Assembly: GCA_049298975.1 (NCBI GenBank)
Contig: JBAQWP010000083.1
Location: forward strand, 1 to 36,732
Source: Minisyncoccia bacterium
Lineage (GTDB): Bacteria > Patescibacteriota > Minisyncoccia > Phycocordibacterales > DATDWN01
Direction of reading: 5' to 3'
Length of the DNA: 36,732 bases
Under the pieces are notes generated by a model. The model was not told where the DNA came from. It saw nothing but the letters and a program-made list of their open reading frames with translations, and made no database searches. The translations under genes and the position numbers were made by a program. Positions 16,341 to 24,007 of this stretch are shown here, piece by piece (positions within the stretch are counted from its first letter, which is position 1; each line of letters opens with the position of its first letter).

Positions 16341-18722
16341 TTATACAACAAAATTGAGAATTTTATTACTTACGTAGATTACCTTCTTAATTTCCTTACC
16401 TAAAAGCCACTTTTCAACGTCTGGATTAGACCTTGCAATCCTGACAGCCTCCCCTTCCAAAGCTTTGTTTGGTATTACTATTTCTGCTCTGACTTTACTG
16501 TTAATTTGAACGGCAATTTTTATCTCCTGCTCTTCAAGCTTACTAGAATTCCATTTTGGCCATTTCTCCTTGACTAGTAGTGTTTTATGACCAAGCTCGC
16601 ACCATAACTCTTCTGTTATATGTGGAGCAAACGGATTAAGAATTTTTAAGATAGTTTCAAAATCACCCTTTCCAACTTCACCAATTCTCTCTACCTCATT
16701 TAGTAATATCATCATGCATGAGATCGCCGTGTTAAACGACATTGACTCAATATCTTCAGATACCTTCTTAATAGACTTATTGAGTAGCACCTCAAATTTT
16801 ACATCTTTTTTTGTTTTTACACTTACCTTTTCTTTTACTCTCCAAATTCTTTCCAAAAATCTTCTAACACCAAATATATTATCCTCGTTCCACGCTACGG
16901 ATTGCTCAAATGGCCCCATAAACATTTCGTACATTCGCAGGGTATCAGCACCATACATTTTTATTATTGAGTCCGGATTTACAACATTGCCAAACCTTTT
17001 TGACATTTTTCGTCCATCTGAGGCAATGATAAGTCCCACGTCCTGTAGTTTTCTGAATGGCTCTTTAGTATTTACTACCCCAATGTCATACAGAAATTTA
17101 TGCCAAAACCTAGCATATATAAGATGTCTGGTGGCATGCTCTGCCCCACCAACATACAAATCCACCATGTTCCAATATTTTTCTTTCCTTTTATCCACCA
17201 AAGCCTTCTTATTTTTTGGATCCATGTAACGCAGATAGTACCAAGAGGATCCTGCCCATTGTGGCATAGTGTTTGTTTCCCGTTTATAAGCTTTGCCACC
17301 CCTCTTTACATTTACCCAACTGGATATTTTAGATAGAGGCGATTCCGCTTCTCCGGTTGGTTCATAAGACTTTACTTTTGGAAGTTTAAGGGGAAGATCT
17401 TTTTCTGAAAGTTGAACTACTTTTCCATCTGCCCTAAGTACTGGAATTGGCTCACCCCAATATCTTTGTCTTGAAAAGACCCAATCCTGAAGTTTATACT
17501 TGGTGACAGTCTTACCCATTACAAATCTGGTAATCTCTCTTTTTGCTAAATCGGACTTCATTCCATCAAATTGACCTGAATTAATAAGCAAACCAGGTCC
17601 TGTATAAGGGCCAACTCCAGTGCCACCAGAAACAACCTCTTTTACTGGTAAATTATATTTTTTTGCAAAAATAAAATCTCGTTCATCATGTGCCGGAACA
17701 GCCATTATCGCTCCAGTACCATATGTAGATAGGACATAGTCTGCAATATAAACAGGAATCACATCATTTGTGCCAGGATTGACAGCGCTAACACCATTTA
17801 GCTTAACACCATTCTTTTCTTTTTGATCATTGGTTCTCTCTATTTCTGGCTTGTTTTTTACAGCTTCAATATATTCAGAAACTTGTTCTGTATTTTCTAT
17901 TTGGCTCCATAGTTTTTGCACGAGCTCGTGCTCTGGCGCAAGAACAACATATGTAGCTCCAAAAATAGTGTCTGGGCGGGTTGTAAATACTTTTATCTTT
18001 TCGCTACCACGCCATACATCAAAATCGATCTCAGAGCCCTCACTCCTCCCGATCCAGTTTTTCTGACTTTCTTTTATGGACTCAGGCCAGTCTAGAGCTT
18101 CTAAATCCGAAAGTAACCTGTCAGCATACTTTGTAATCTTTAAAACCCATTGACGTATAGGTTTCTTTTCCACCACCGATCCACACCTCTCGCATTTTCC
18201 ATCGGCCAAATCTTCATTTGCTAAGATAGTTTTATCAACTGGACACCAATTTACCGGTTCGTTGGATTCATAAGCTAAACCTTTCTCAAGAAGTTTTAAG
18301 AAAATCCACTGAGTCCACTTATAAAAACCAGGATCAGTTGTATTAATTTCCCTACTCCAATCGTAGTCTAAACCAATAATTTCAAGCTGTTTTTTGAATC
18401 TTGCAACATTTTTCTTCACTGCAACTTCAGGATTGGTTTTAGTTTTTATCGCATAATTCTCTGCAGGTAACCCAAACGCATCAAAGCCCATAGGATGCAG
18501 AACATTAAAACCCTGCATTCTCTTCATTCTAGAGATAATATCAGTGGCTATATAACCCTTTGGATGTCCGACATGCAAACCCTCACCGGATGGATAAGGA
18601 AACATATCCAGAATATAATATTTTTTCTTTTTCGAACCATCCTCAGTTTTAAAAGCTTTTTTCTTTTCCCACTCCTTCTGCCACTTCTTTTCAATTTTCT
18701 GATGGTTATAGTCTTTTTTCAT
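16341..18722 (-). CDS. leuS: Leucine--tRNA ligase
   Basis: YILDMFPYPSGEGLHVGH (HIGH) and KMSKRFGN (KMSKS) motifs. The track ORF extends to 18920 and overlaps the upstream gene and its terminator. The ATG at 18722 (MKKDYNHQKIEKKWQ...) gives the canonical N-terminus. Confidence 0.93.
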   Translation of the reverse strand: MKKDYNHQKIEKKWQKEWEKKKAFKTEDGSKKKKYYILDMFPYPSGEGLHVGHPKGYIATDIISRMKRMQGFNVLHPMGFDAFGLPAENYAIKTKTNPEVAVKKNVARFKKQLEIIGLDYDWSREINTTDPGFYKWTQWIFLKLLEKGLAYESNEPVNWCPVDKTILANEDLADGKCERCGSVVEKKPIRQWVLKITKYADRLLSDLEALDWPESIKESQKNWIGRSEGSEIDFDVWRGSEKIKVFTTRPDTIFGATYVVLAPEHELVQKLWSQIENTEQVSEYIEAVKNKPEIERTNDQKEKNGVKLNGVSAVNPGTNDVIPVYIADYVLSTYGTGAIMAVPAHDERDFIFAKKYNLPVKEVVSGGTGVGPYTGPGLLINSGQFDGMKSDLAKREITRFVMGKTVTKYKLQDWVFSRQRYWGEPIPVLRADGKVVQLSEKDLPLKLPKVKSYEPTGEAESPLSKISSWVNVKRGGKAYKRETNTMPQWAGSSWYYLRYMDPKNKKALVDKRKEKYWNMVDLYVGGAEHATRHLIYARFWHKFLYDIGVVNTKEPFRKLQDVGLIIASDGRKMSKRFGNVVNPDSIIKMYGADTLRMYEMFMGPFEQSVAWNEDNIFGVRRFLERIWRVKEKVSVKTKKDVKFEVLLNKSIKKVSEDIESMSFNTAISCMMILLNEVERIGEVGKGDFETILKILNPFAPHITEELWCELGHKTLLVKEKWPKWNSSKLEEQEIKIAVQINSKVRAEIVIPNKALEGEAVRIARSNPDVEKWLLGKEIKKVIYVSNKILNFVV

Positions 18723-18740
18723 TAAAATTATGCTACACAA

Positions 18741-18770
18741 AAAACCACCTTTTTGCAAAAGTGGTTTTTG
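18741..18770 (-). terminator. Intrinsic terminator after 18775..19707
   Basis: AAAACCACCTTTT-TGC-AAAAGTGGTTTT. On the minus strand it is followed by a T-run. Confidence 0.7.
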
Positions 18771-18774
18771 TATT

Positions 18775-19707
18775 TTAGATTGCAGGGACAGGTTTGCCGT
18801 ATTGTGGATTAACCACTCTCTCAAAACAGTGCCGTCCTGCAGGGTGGCTCCATGAAATAACTCCCATCGGCCTTGAGACTGAACTGTCACTATCTGGTGA
18901 AGCTTTGTTAAACTCTGCACAAATTTTATAAGTAGTCGATCCAGACTTTATATATTCATATGGTTTTTGTGTTTGTGAATCAACAGAAACAAAATAGTAA
19001 TAAGTTGAAGACATGTCACTCAATTCATTTGGAAGAGAATTTTTTTGAATAAAGTAATTATCAATTGCCCCAGATATATTTGTCAGATCATTAACCTTTT
19101 GATCATCATATTTATATAGTCTCTGGGTATAAGGGGAACCCAAAACTGAAAATCCCCAAACTATTGAGGCTACTACCATAACCCCCGCTACTACTCTCCA
19201 AACCATCCTTTTTTGAGAATTTAACCTGCCTCGAATATCAGATATGAAGTACATAAATATTCCTGATGAAATAACTAAAACAACCAGAACCTTCAAAAGA
19301 AAACCGGCTGTAAGTTCCTCACCGTTTAGGAAGAAATACAGTACAGCAACCAAATCCCCCGCCATAGCCAAACCAGCCAGAAACAGAGTTACATACGAAA
19401 GCCATTTATGAACACCAACTCTCTGTCTTTCGGGATCAACTAAATATTGCTTTTCTAGAAACCAATACAAAGCTATAAGAATCGGGAAGAAAATAACTAA
19501 AACAGCCACAGGCCAAGATATATTTGCTGAAGAATTATATCCGTAATAATTATTATTAATTTGAGGATAAGCTCTATTTATAACAGTGAAAAGCAAGTTG
19601 ATGAGACTTATGACTACAGTATAAAGTGCCACGAAGGCGCCAAGATTTAAAAATAAATCTTTTGCTGATACTTTTGGTTTATTTGATTCCATGATTTTTA
19701 TTAGCAA
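18775..19707 (-). CDS. Multi-pass membrane protein (DUF5671-like N-terminus)
   Basis: 310 aa with about 6 hydrophobic helices and then a soluble C-terminal domain. The family name is from memory of similar proteins and is not verified. Confidence 0.55.
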   Translation of the reverse strand: MLIKIMESNKPKVSAKDLFLNLGAFVALYTVVISLINLLFTVINRAYPQINNNYYGYNSSANISWPVAVLVIFFPILIALYWFLEKQYLVDPERQRVGVHKWLSYVTLFLAGLAMAGDLVAVLYFFLNGEELTAGFLLKVLVVLVISSGIFMYFISDIRGRLNSQKRMVWRVVAGVMVVASIVWGFSVLGSPYTQRLYKYDDQKVNDLTNISGAIDNYFIQKNSLPNELSDMSSTYYYFVSVDSQTQKPYEYIKSGSTTYKICAEFNKASPDSDSSVSRPMGVISWSHPAGRHCFERVVNPQYGKPVPAI

Positions 19708-19734
19708 TTAAAAATTAGTAATTAGAAATTATCT

Positions 19735-20136
19735 TTACTCAGTTGTAACTCCATCAAATTCTGGCCCATCTGCTTCTGCCTCGGCCTTTGTCTTCCTTAC
19801 CACACCGTTTTTATGATGAGCTGGACTATATATAGTATACATCTTTAGAGCCGTTTCGGTACTAATATTTATTACATTATGCCTTGCCCCCCGAGGAATA
19901 ATGACTGCATCGCCATCAGATACTTCGTACTCCGTCTCATTTATCACAACCTTGCCATTTCCCTTCTCAAAACGGAAAAACTGGTCGTTGTCTGGATGCA
20001 CCTCGCTACCAATATCCTCCCCTGGCAAAAGTGACATCAAAACAAGCTGGCTATCCTCACCAGTGTAAAGTACCTTTCTAAAATTTTCATTCTCTTCGGT
20101 TAACTTTTCAATATTATCTTTGTATCCTTTTTTCAT
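19735..20136 (-). CDS. Cupin domain protein
   Basis: 133 aa. G.E...H.H-like segment (GSEVHPDNDQFF) and GDAVIIPRGARHNV match the two cupin motifs. Confidence 0.75.
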   Translation of the reverse strand: MKKGYKDNIEKLTEENENFRKVLYTGEDSQLVLMSLLPGEDIGSEVHPDNDQFFRFEKGNGKVVINETEYEVSDGDAVIIPRGARHNVINISTETALKMYTIYSPAHHKNGVVRKTKAEAEADGPEFDGVTTE

Positions 20137-20208
20137 AAGTATAGTAGGTTACTTCTAATACTTGATTATACCATATTATAAGAAAGCTAACTCAATAGAC
20201 CCGAATTT

Positions 20209-20231
20209 TCCCAGCGGTTAAACCGCTGGGA
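20209..20231. repeat. REP-like perfect hairpin, copy 1
   Basis: TCCCAGCGG-TTAAA-CCGCTGGGA (9-bp stem, 5-nt loop). Confidence 0.9.
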
Positions 20232-20235
20232 TGTG

Positions 20236-20895
20236 CTAGAAAAAATGCCGTCCAATCAACATTTCTATAGCATCTTTATCTTCCCTGGATTCTAGGATAA
20301 CCTCCAGTGCAGATTCAGAAAAATCTCTGTACTCTTTAGTTGATTTAAATTGTTCTAAGATTATTTCCTTTTTACAAATATTTCTAGAACTTTCCCCTAC
20401 ATACTCTTTCCAGCTACTCACCTCAATCCCAGCGGTTAAACCGCTGGGATTGCTTGGCTGGTGAACTCTATTATTTAAGTTAATGTAGGCGCTTAAATAT
20501 AAAAGTTGCTCGTTTGAAGTGACTAGCACTGACTTAAAAGTGCCCTGAAATAAGGAACCTGATCTTCTATACTTACTATTAAAGTACCAAGTATATCCTC
20601 CAGTAAGTCTTTTCATGAATTCACTAATCCCACCTTCAGACATCTCTTTCAGCAGAAAATGAAAGTGGTTTCTATTTAAACAGTAAGACACAATTTCAAC
20701 TAGCTTGGTTTTAATTTTGTGGTCACCTAATTTAATGTCTCTTAAACTTCCTATTGGCTCTTTAGAATTGAATAATTCTAAACACTTAATTAGTCTACCC
20801 AAATCCCTCTTGTCTTTAATAATTATTCCCTTATCAACACCTCTGTTATATATATGATAGTACTCACCGACTACTATTTTTTCTCTATTTGCCAT
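20236..20895 (-). CDS. Y1 (HUH) transposase, IS200-like / REP-associated tyrosine transposase-like
   Basis: 219 aa. YHIYNRG N-terminus, HUH motif NHFHFLL and a Tyr motif YLSAYINLN. Confidence 0.8.
   Translation of the reverse strand: MANREKIVVGEYYHIYNRGVDKGIIIKDKRDLGRLIKCLELFNSKEPIGSLRDIKLGDHKIKTKLVEIVSYCLNRNHFHFLLKEMSEGGISEFMKRLTGGYTWYFNSKYRRSGSLFQGTFKSVLVTSNEQLLYLSAYINLNNRVHQPSNPSGLTAGIEVSSWKEYVGESSRNICKKEIILEQFKSTKEYRDFSESALEVILESREDKDAIEMLIGRHFF
20427..20449. repeat. REP-like perfect hairpin, copy 2 (inside the transposase ORF)
   Basis: The identical 23-mer, in frame, encoding NPSGLTAGI. Confidence 0.9.
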
Positions 20896-20916
20896 TCTTA
20901 GATGTTACCACAAGTT

Positions 20917-20939
20917 TCCCAGCGGTTAAACCGCTGGGA
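20917..20939. repeat. REP-like perfect hairpin, copy 3
   Basis: The identical 23-mer, in the same orientation as copies 1 and 2. Confidence 0.9.
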
Positions 20940-20955
20940 AGAGGCTCTAATTTTG

Positions 20956-21963
20956 TTAGATTCTGAACTCAATTACGTCGCCGTCTTTTACTATATACTC
21001 CTTCCCTTCAGTTCTTACTTTTCCCTTATCACGAGCAACAGAATAAGAACCGCAAGCAATAAGATCATCACAATGTACGACTTCCGCGCGAATAAACTTA
21101 TCCTTGAAATCATTATGAATTGCAGTTCCAGCCATAGGCGCACTCCAACCTTTTGTTATGGTCCAAGCCCTAGTCTCGTCCTCCCCGGTTGTAAAGTAAG
21201 TGATTAAGTTTAAAGTCTCGTAACTTTTCTTTATCAAATCTTCGAATCCTTTTTCAAACACAGGATCAACTTCAACATACGCTCCAGGTATTCTCTCTTT
21301 AACATCCAAAACATTTTCGGAACTTGCCTCCGAAGTATTTAAACAATACAAAATAGGTTTAGCGGTCAGAAGGTGCATACCCTTTACAACCTTTTTCTCT
21401 TCTTCGTTTAGCTCAAGAGTGTTGACTAACTCACCACGTTTCAAAACCTCCAAAACTTTTTGCAAAACATTTTCCTCAAAAATTGCATCCTTTTTCCCGG
21501 ACTTAACATCCTTTTGTAAGTTTCCAATACGTTTAGTAATAGTTTCCGTATCCGCTAATACTAGCTCTAGATTTATTACCCCAATATCTCCCAGGGGATC
21601 AATTTTTCCATGCACATGTATAACATCATCATCTTTGAAAACTCGTACCATTTCTAAAATAGCATCAACCTCCCTAATGTTTGATAAAAATTTATTGCCA
21701 AGACCCTCGCCTTCACTCGCACCTTTAACTAGACCAGCGATATCAACAAACTCAATTATGGCCGGAATAGTTTTTTTAGAATTTGAAAGTTTTGTAAGTT
21801 TTTCAAGCCTTTCATCTGGCACCGGAACAATACCCACCGACGGATCAATAGTACAAAATGGATAATTCTCCGCCGGCACAGATTTTTTTGTCAGCGCATT
21901 AAAAAGTGTGGACTTCCCCACGTTTGGCAGACCCACGATTCCTATACTTAAATTTGAAGCCAT
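20956..21963 (-). CDS. ychF: Ribosome-binding ATPase YchF
   Basis: 335 aa. IGIVGLPNVGKSTLFNALT (P-loop), ENYPFCTIDP, and a C-terminal TGS-like domain (...KEYIVKDGDVIEFRI). Confidence 0.92.
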   Translation of the reverse strand: MASNLSIGIVGLPNVGKSTLFNALTKKSVPAENYPFCTIDPSVGIVPVPDERLEKLTKLSNSKKTIPAIIEFVDIAGLVKGASEGEGLGNKFLSNIREVDAILEMVRVFKDDDVIHVHGKIDPLGDIGVINLELVLADTETITKRIGNLQKDVKSGKKDAIFEENVLQKVLEVLKRGELVNTLELNEEEKKVVKGMHLLTAKPILYCLNTSEASSENVLDVKERIPGAYVEVDPVFEKGFEDLIKKSYETLNLITYFTTGEDETRAWTITKGWSAPMAGTAIHNDFKDKFIRAEVVHCDDLIACGSYSVARDKGKVRTEGKEYIVKDGDVIEFRI

Positions 21964-21968
21964 AGGTG

Positions 21969-22949
21969 CTAAGAATAGACTATTTTTGAAATATCTACAA
22001 CAAAATCTCCGTAGATACTAGGTGTATCTACGTGAAATAATTTAACTATTTTACTAAAGGTATTTTCTGAGTTCTCAGGATCAACGCTTTTTGCAACCGC
22101 ACTTATAAACACACTCAACGCTTCTTCATATCCATATTTTCTATCCTCATCAAATAGCGAATTGTCTAAAGAACTTGAACTGGTCGATAAATTTAATCTT
22201 TTTGTGACAAACCCAACAAAAATGGTAGTCAGTCCTGTATCGTTCCATAATTTAACAAACAATTTTGGATTATACTTTATTCCTCTAAAAACATTCCCTA
22301 TAAACCATTCTGTCATTCCTTCTACTTTTTTATCAGCAATTACTTCTAACGTTCCGACATTCAAATTAGAGAATTTTTTCATAGCTTCAAGTGTTTTTTC
22401 TTCTATTTCAAAACCAAATTGACAAGCACATTTTACAGCACGATAAATCATGTGTGGTTCTAACTTAAATTGTTCTTCTGGAGCTAAAACTGTTCTTATT
22501 ATTCCTTTCTGAATATCTTCTAATGCACCATGTGGATCTATTAATTCTTTTGCTCCAATATCAAAATACAATCCATTTATAGTAAAGTCAGGAATTACCT
22601 CAAACTGCTTTGTCACAACTGTAAAATCGATAACTCCTTCTGACTTACTCCCCGCAGGAAGAAGACGATAGATCGTAAATTTTTCGTTAAAAATTATTTT
22701 AGATATAATCTCTATGTTTGCTTTTTTTAATATTTCTTCAGTTTTTTCATCACGCTCTTTTGGTGGAAGAGGTATCCAAACTCGAATGTCTGCGTCTTTC
22801 CAGTCTTTACCTAAAACCATATCTCTAAGTGAACCTCCAAACAAATATGTTTTAAATCCCTTCTTAATAAGAAGATCTACAAAGTGAATGTTATATCTAT
22901 CTCGTAATTCTTTATCAGCTTTTTCTGAATCGAAGTTACCTTGTTTCAT
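21969..22949 (-). CDS. Pol-beta-superfamily nucleotidyltransferase, CCA-adding / poly(A) polymerase head-domain-like
   Basis: 326 aa. LFGGSLRDMVLGKDWKDADIRV matches the GG.(V/L)RD..LG....D.D motif. Confidence 0.55.
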   Translation of the reverse strand: MKQGNFDSEKADKELRDRYNIHFVDLLIKKGFKTYLFGGSLRDMVLGKDWKDADIRVWIPLPPKERDEKTEEILKKANIEIISKIIFNEKFTIYRLLPAGSKSEGVIDFTVVTKQFEVIPDFTINGLYFDIGAKELIDPHGALEDIQKGIIRTVLAPEEQFKLEPHMIYRAVKCACQFGFEIEEKTLEAMKKFSNLNVGTLEVIADKKVEGMTEWFIGNVFRGIKYNPKLFVKLWNDTGLTTIFVGFVTKRLNLSTSSSSLDNSLFDEDRKYGYEEALSVFISAVAKSVDPENSENTFSKIVKLFHVDTPSIYGDFVVDISKIVYS

Positions 22950-22999
22950 TTCTTTAATTTACCACAAATTAATCTTAATTTTAAGCATATTCTAGCTAC

Positions 23000-23028
23000 T
23001 TGCGTAATTTATATAGATATGTTATAAT
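23000..23028 (+). promoter_or_regulatory. Near-consensus sigma70 promoter of GC-rich cassette 1
   Basis: TTGCGT - 17 nt - TATAAT, preceded by TGt (extended -10). AGGAGG at 23055-60 lies 9 nt before the ATG at 23070. Confidence 0.6.
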
Positions 23029-23069
23029 TAGTGTAGAAAATTTGAAATGACTCTAGGAGGGGTCACGAC

Positions 23070-23846
23070 ATGGCTTATGTATTCTTTCTCGGTGGGCAAG
23101 ACCTCGAGATGTTGACCATTCGAAAACTCCTGGAGGAAAATAACCAGGAGTTCTTCGATAGACAGCTCAAGTGGGGCGCAAAAGCATCGGACTATCCTGT
23201 TCTTATGAATCCCGCATCGTTCGGCAACGGCGACTCCGGCAAGATGCCAGTTCTTGTTGAACTCGACATTGATGGTGGACCGTTACCGTATGGAGCCATT
23301 GTCGTCGATCACCATAACAACCGATCCGGTGAACTTGCCTCAATCTTACAAGTTTTCAAACTGCTCGGCATCGAGCCGACACGTGAACATCTACTAATCG
23401 CGGCGAATGACTCCGGTTACATTCCGGCCATGCTCCATGCAGGAGCTACGTCAGAAGAAATCGCGGACATCCGTCGACTCGATCGCGAAGCACAAGGCGT
23501 CACGGTGGAGATGGAAATAGAAGCCGAAGACGCCATCTATTGCAGAACCGAAGACAAGGGAGTTGTCATCGTGCAACTTCCGCACAACAAGGTCTCGGCA
23601 GTCACTGACCGAATGTTCACGAGTTGGCCAGACGGCAGAGAGAACCTCGTTGTAGTCTGCAAGATGGGCAACTTCGACTACGAAGTCTATTACTTTGGTC
23701 GCGGAGATATCTGTCGCGAAACCAAGGAGATGTTCAATGGCTTCGGTGGGGGCACTGGTTTCGGCGATCCAGCAAAGAACGCATTCGCTGGGTGCAAGAC
23801 CAAGACTCCAGTAGACGTCATCAACTTCGTCGTCGGGCGTCAGTAG
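23070..23846 (+). CDS. Hypothetical protein, GC-rich cassette 1 (weak DHH-phosphoesterase-like motifs)
   Basis: 258-aa ORF with a strong SD and terminator. VVDHHN, LVELDIDG and GFGGGTGFG loosely recall DHH-family motifs III, II and IV. The functional call is tentative. Confidence 0.6.
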   Translation: MAYVFFLGGQDLEMLTIRKLLEENNQEFFDRQLKWGAKASDYPVLMNPASFGNGDSGKMPVLVELDIDGGPLPYGAIVVDHHNNRSGELASILQVFKLLGIEPTREHLLIAANDSGYIPAMLHAGATSEEIADIRRLDREAQGVTVEMEIEAEDAIYCRTEDKGVVIVQLPHNKVSAVTDRMFTSWPDGRENLVVVCKMGNFDYEVYYFGRGDICRETKEMFNGFGGGTGFGDPAKNAFAGCKTKTPVDVINFVVGRQ

Positions 23847-23872
23847 CACAACTACTCACGCTCAACATACAG

Positions 23873-23908
23873 CACCCGCTGGGCTTCGGCTCAGCGGGTG
23901 TGTTTTAT
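23873..23908 (+). terminator. Intrinsic terminator of cassette 1
   Basis: CACCCGCTG-GGCTTCGGCT-CAGCGGGTG followed by TGTTTTATTT. Confidence 0.8.
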
Positions 23909-24007
23909 TTATTTCTAAATAATTCTTCAGAAAGCACCCCCCTAAATGTGTAATTATTTGTAAAATTTCAAGAAAAATTTAGATGTGATATAATTTTTTA
24001 AAATAAC

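Larger units (their letters stand above)
20205..20943 (-). mobile_element. IS200-like / REP-RAYT-like unit (hairpin - Y1 transposase - hairpin)
   Basis: Identical 23-nt hairpins lie 5 nt after the stop and 22 nt before the start of a Y1 transposase-like ORF. The whole unit is ~730 bp and is wedged between cupin and ychF. Exact ends are undetermined. Confidence 0.55.

Noticed and set aside
18723-18920. N-terminal 66-codon extension of leuS given by the ORF track (start 18920)
   Set aside because: It overlaps the 3' end of the upstream gene (18775..19707) and its terminator hairpin. The extension has no LeuRS-like sequence, whereas the ATG at 18722 gives the canonical MKK..Y....IE.KWQ..W N-terminus.
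23935-23948. Shared CACCC(CC)CTAAATG motif right of cassette 1 (23935-48) and cassette 2 (26531-41) as a common insertion boundary
   Set aside because: There are only ~11 matching nucleotides in two places, and the motif is not found at the other islands. That is too short to distinguish from chance without a genome-wide count.
23451-23953. ORFs 23451..23849 (-) and 23624..23953 (+) overlapping the cassette-1 CDS
   Set aside because: Long alternative-frame ORFs are expected in GC-rich sequence. Neither has an SD or a promoter. The 258-aa frame has an SD, a promoter and a terminator.
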